From a virus: a stretch of 64,000 bases of DNA. The stretch lies in the IMG/VR virus record IMGVR_UViG_3300036820_000015, positions 1 through 64,000 of that record; one strand, 5' to 3'. How positions within the stretch are numbered: the first letter of the stretch is position 1; each line of letters opens with the position of its first letter. The notes beneath the pieces were generated by a model, which was not told the origin of the DNA, made no database searches, and was given only the letters and a program-made list of their open reading frames with translations. Made by a program: the position numbers and the translations under genes. Positions 63,208-64,000 of the stretch are shown here, piece by piece.

Positions 63208-64000
63208 AGTCCGACCTCGTGACGCATTTGATCCCAGCCGGTGAAGTTCCCTTTGTGCCCAAGGTGCTTCACTGCACCGTTTGGCCAATGGTCGCACGGT
63301 GTGGCCACATGCTCCAACGGACTGGCATGGGCCGGAACCGCGCTAGTCAGCCGGTCGTACAACTCCAAATCCTTCTCGATGTCGCGTACGCCGTCATGAG
63401 TCAGGTAACTCACGCGCGCGCACCGAGCGGCCGACACTTGCTTCAACTCCTCCCAGTCGACATTCTCCCCATGGCGCATTGCTGAGTCCCTATAGTCCAT
63501 AGGTTGAATAAACGGTAGGTGCCATAATGTCGGTTCGAGCAACTTAGGCTCTGACTGCTCGTAGGCATCCCGCATTGCCTCCGCCGCAGCGCGGATCTCC
63601 GGTTGCGCCATCGGGTTACACCGAAGGGCAAAGAAGTTCGAGAAATCTGTGGCGGATACGATGACTGTGTGCCACATGAACGGCTCCAGCAGCCGATTGG
63701 TCACTGACTTGTGGACTCCGAGCCTCGACAGCTTCTCGGCGTAGTCAGTGGCAGCATCCCGCGCCTCGATCCACACCGCTTTCGGGCCGCTCCAGTATGT
63801 GCCATCAGGACCCTGTAGCGGAATCTCATCACCGCCCTGCATCCCTGGTTGCTCAGTGGGCCACGACAACGGGATTGCCGGATCTGATCGGACACGTTCC
63901 AGTTGTTTCTTCACCGGTATAGCCCGGCTGCTCGCACTGTTCCGCGAGAATATCCGATGCGTGTTGAACTCAGCCAACACGAACCGGTGAAGCGTGACCT
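63204..64000 (-). CDS. thyX: FAD-dependent thymidylate synthase (5' end outside the window)
   Basis: AEFNTHR.FSRNSASSRAIP, HK..NRLLEP, FFALR, SAARCARVSY, HASPLEH. Confidence 0.92.
   Translation of the reverse strand, partial: VTLHRFVLAEFNTHRIFSRNSASSRAIPVKKQLERVRSDPAIPLSWPTEQPGMQGGDEIPLQGPDGTYWSGPKAVWIEARDAATDYAEKLSRLGVHKSVTNRLLEPFMWHTVIVSATDFSNFFALRCNPMAQPEIRAAAEAMRDAYEQSEPKLLEPTLWHLPFIQPMDYRDSAMRHGENVDWEELKQVSAARCARVSYLTHDGVRDIEKDLELYDRLTSAVPAHASPLEHVATPCDHWPNGAVKHLGHKGNFTGWDQMRHEVGL

Noticed and set aside
1-64000. CRISPR array, tRNA/rRNA genes, integrase, transposase, reverse transcriptase/DGR
   Set aside because: No repeat-spacer array, cloverleaf or diagnostic catalytic motif was found by eye; a tool scan could still find weak cases.
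55251-64000. DNA hypermodification pathway (methyltransferase, UDG, ThyX)
   Set aside because: These are common phage genes, and no modified-base biosynthesis enzymes are visible in the window.

Overview
This window is about 64 kb of a high-GC tailed phage, a siphovirus (tail tube and 1367-aa tape measure, no sheath). WhiB, an Rpf-like lysozyme and leaderless promoters point to an actinobacterial host. Layout: (1) 1-5.6 kb holds an origin/terminus-like inverted repeat, a candidate ncRNA, DUF932, WhiB and small minus-strand genes. (2) 5.7-54.1 kb is the plus-strand virion region: terS, terL, exported proteins, portal, MuF, fibre-like genes, a 1159-aa Nudix/peptidase-like/ADP-ribosyltransferase polyprotein, an intein-containing XkdF-type prohead protease, scaffold, major capsid, neck, tail, lysis genes and tape measure. 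(3) 54.4-64 kb holds minus-strand early/middle genes: DNA methyltransferase, RCC1-repeat protein, UDG, ParB-like protein and thyX. Main observations: (a) The polyprotein starts with a near-exact copy of the major capsid N-terminal peptide (PSQSDVHxD), and its domains are separated by Lys sites like those that fill the scaffold and protease. This suggests a capsid-targeted, protease-released effector cargo. (b) The intein's EndoVII homing endonuclease is overprinted in the +1 frame and appears to have its own promoter. (c) A phage-specific promoter with fixed geometry occurs 11 times, mostly driving leaderless mRNAs. (d) The prohead protease appears split across two genes. (e) An antisense HNH gene in the capsid operon is covered by an open sense frame. 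Two apparent homopolymer indels suggest assembly errors, so frame-based claims need read-level confirmation. All calls come from manual motif reading; no database searches were run.
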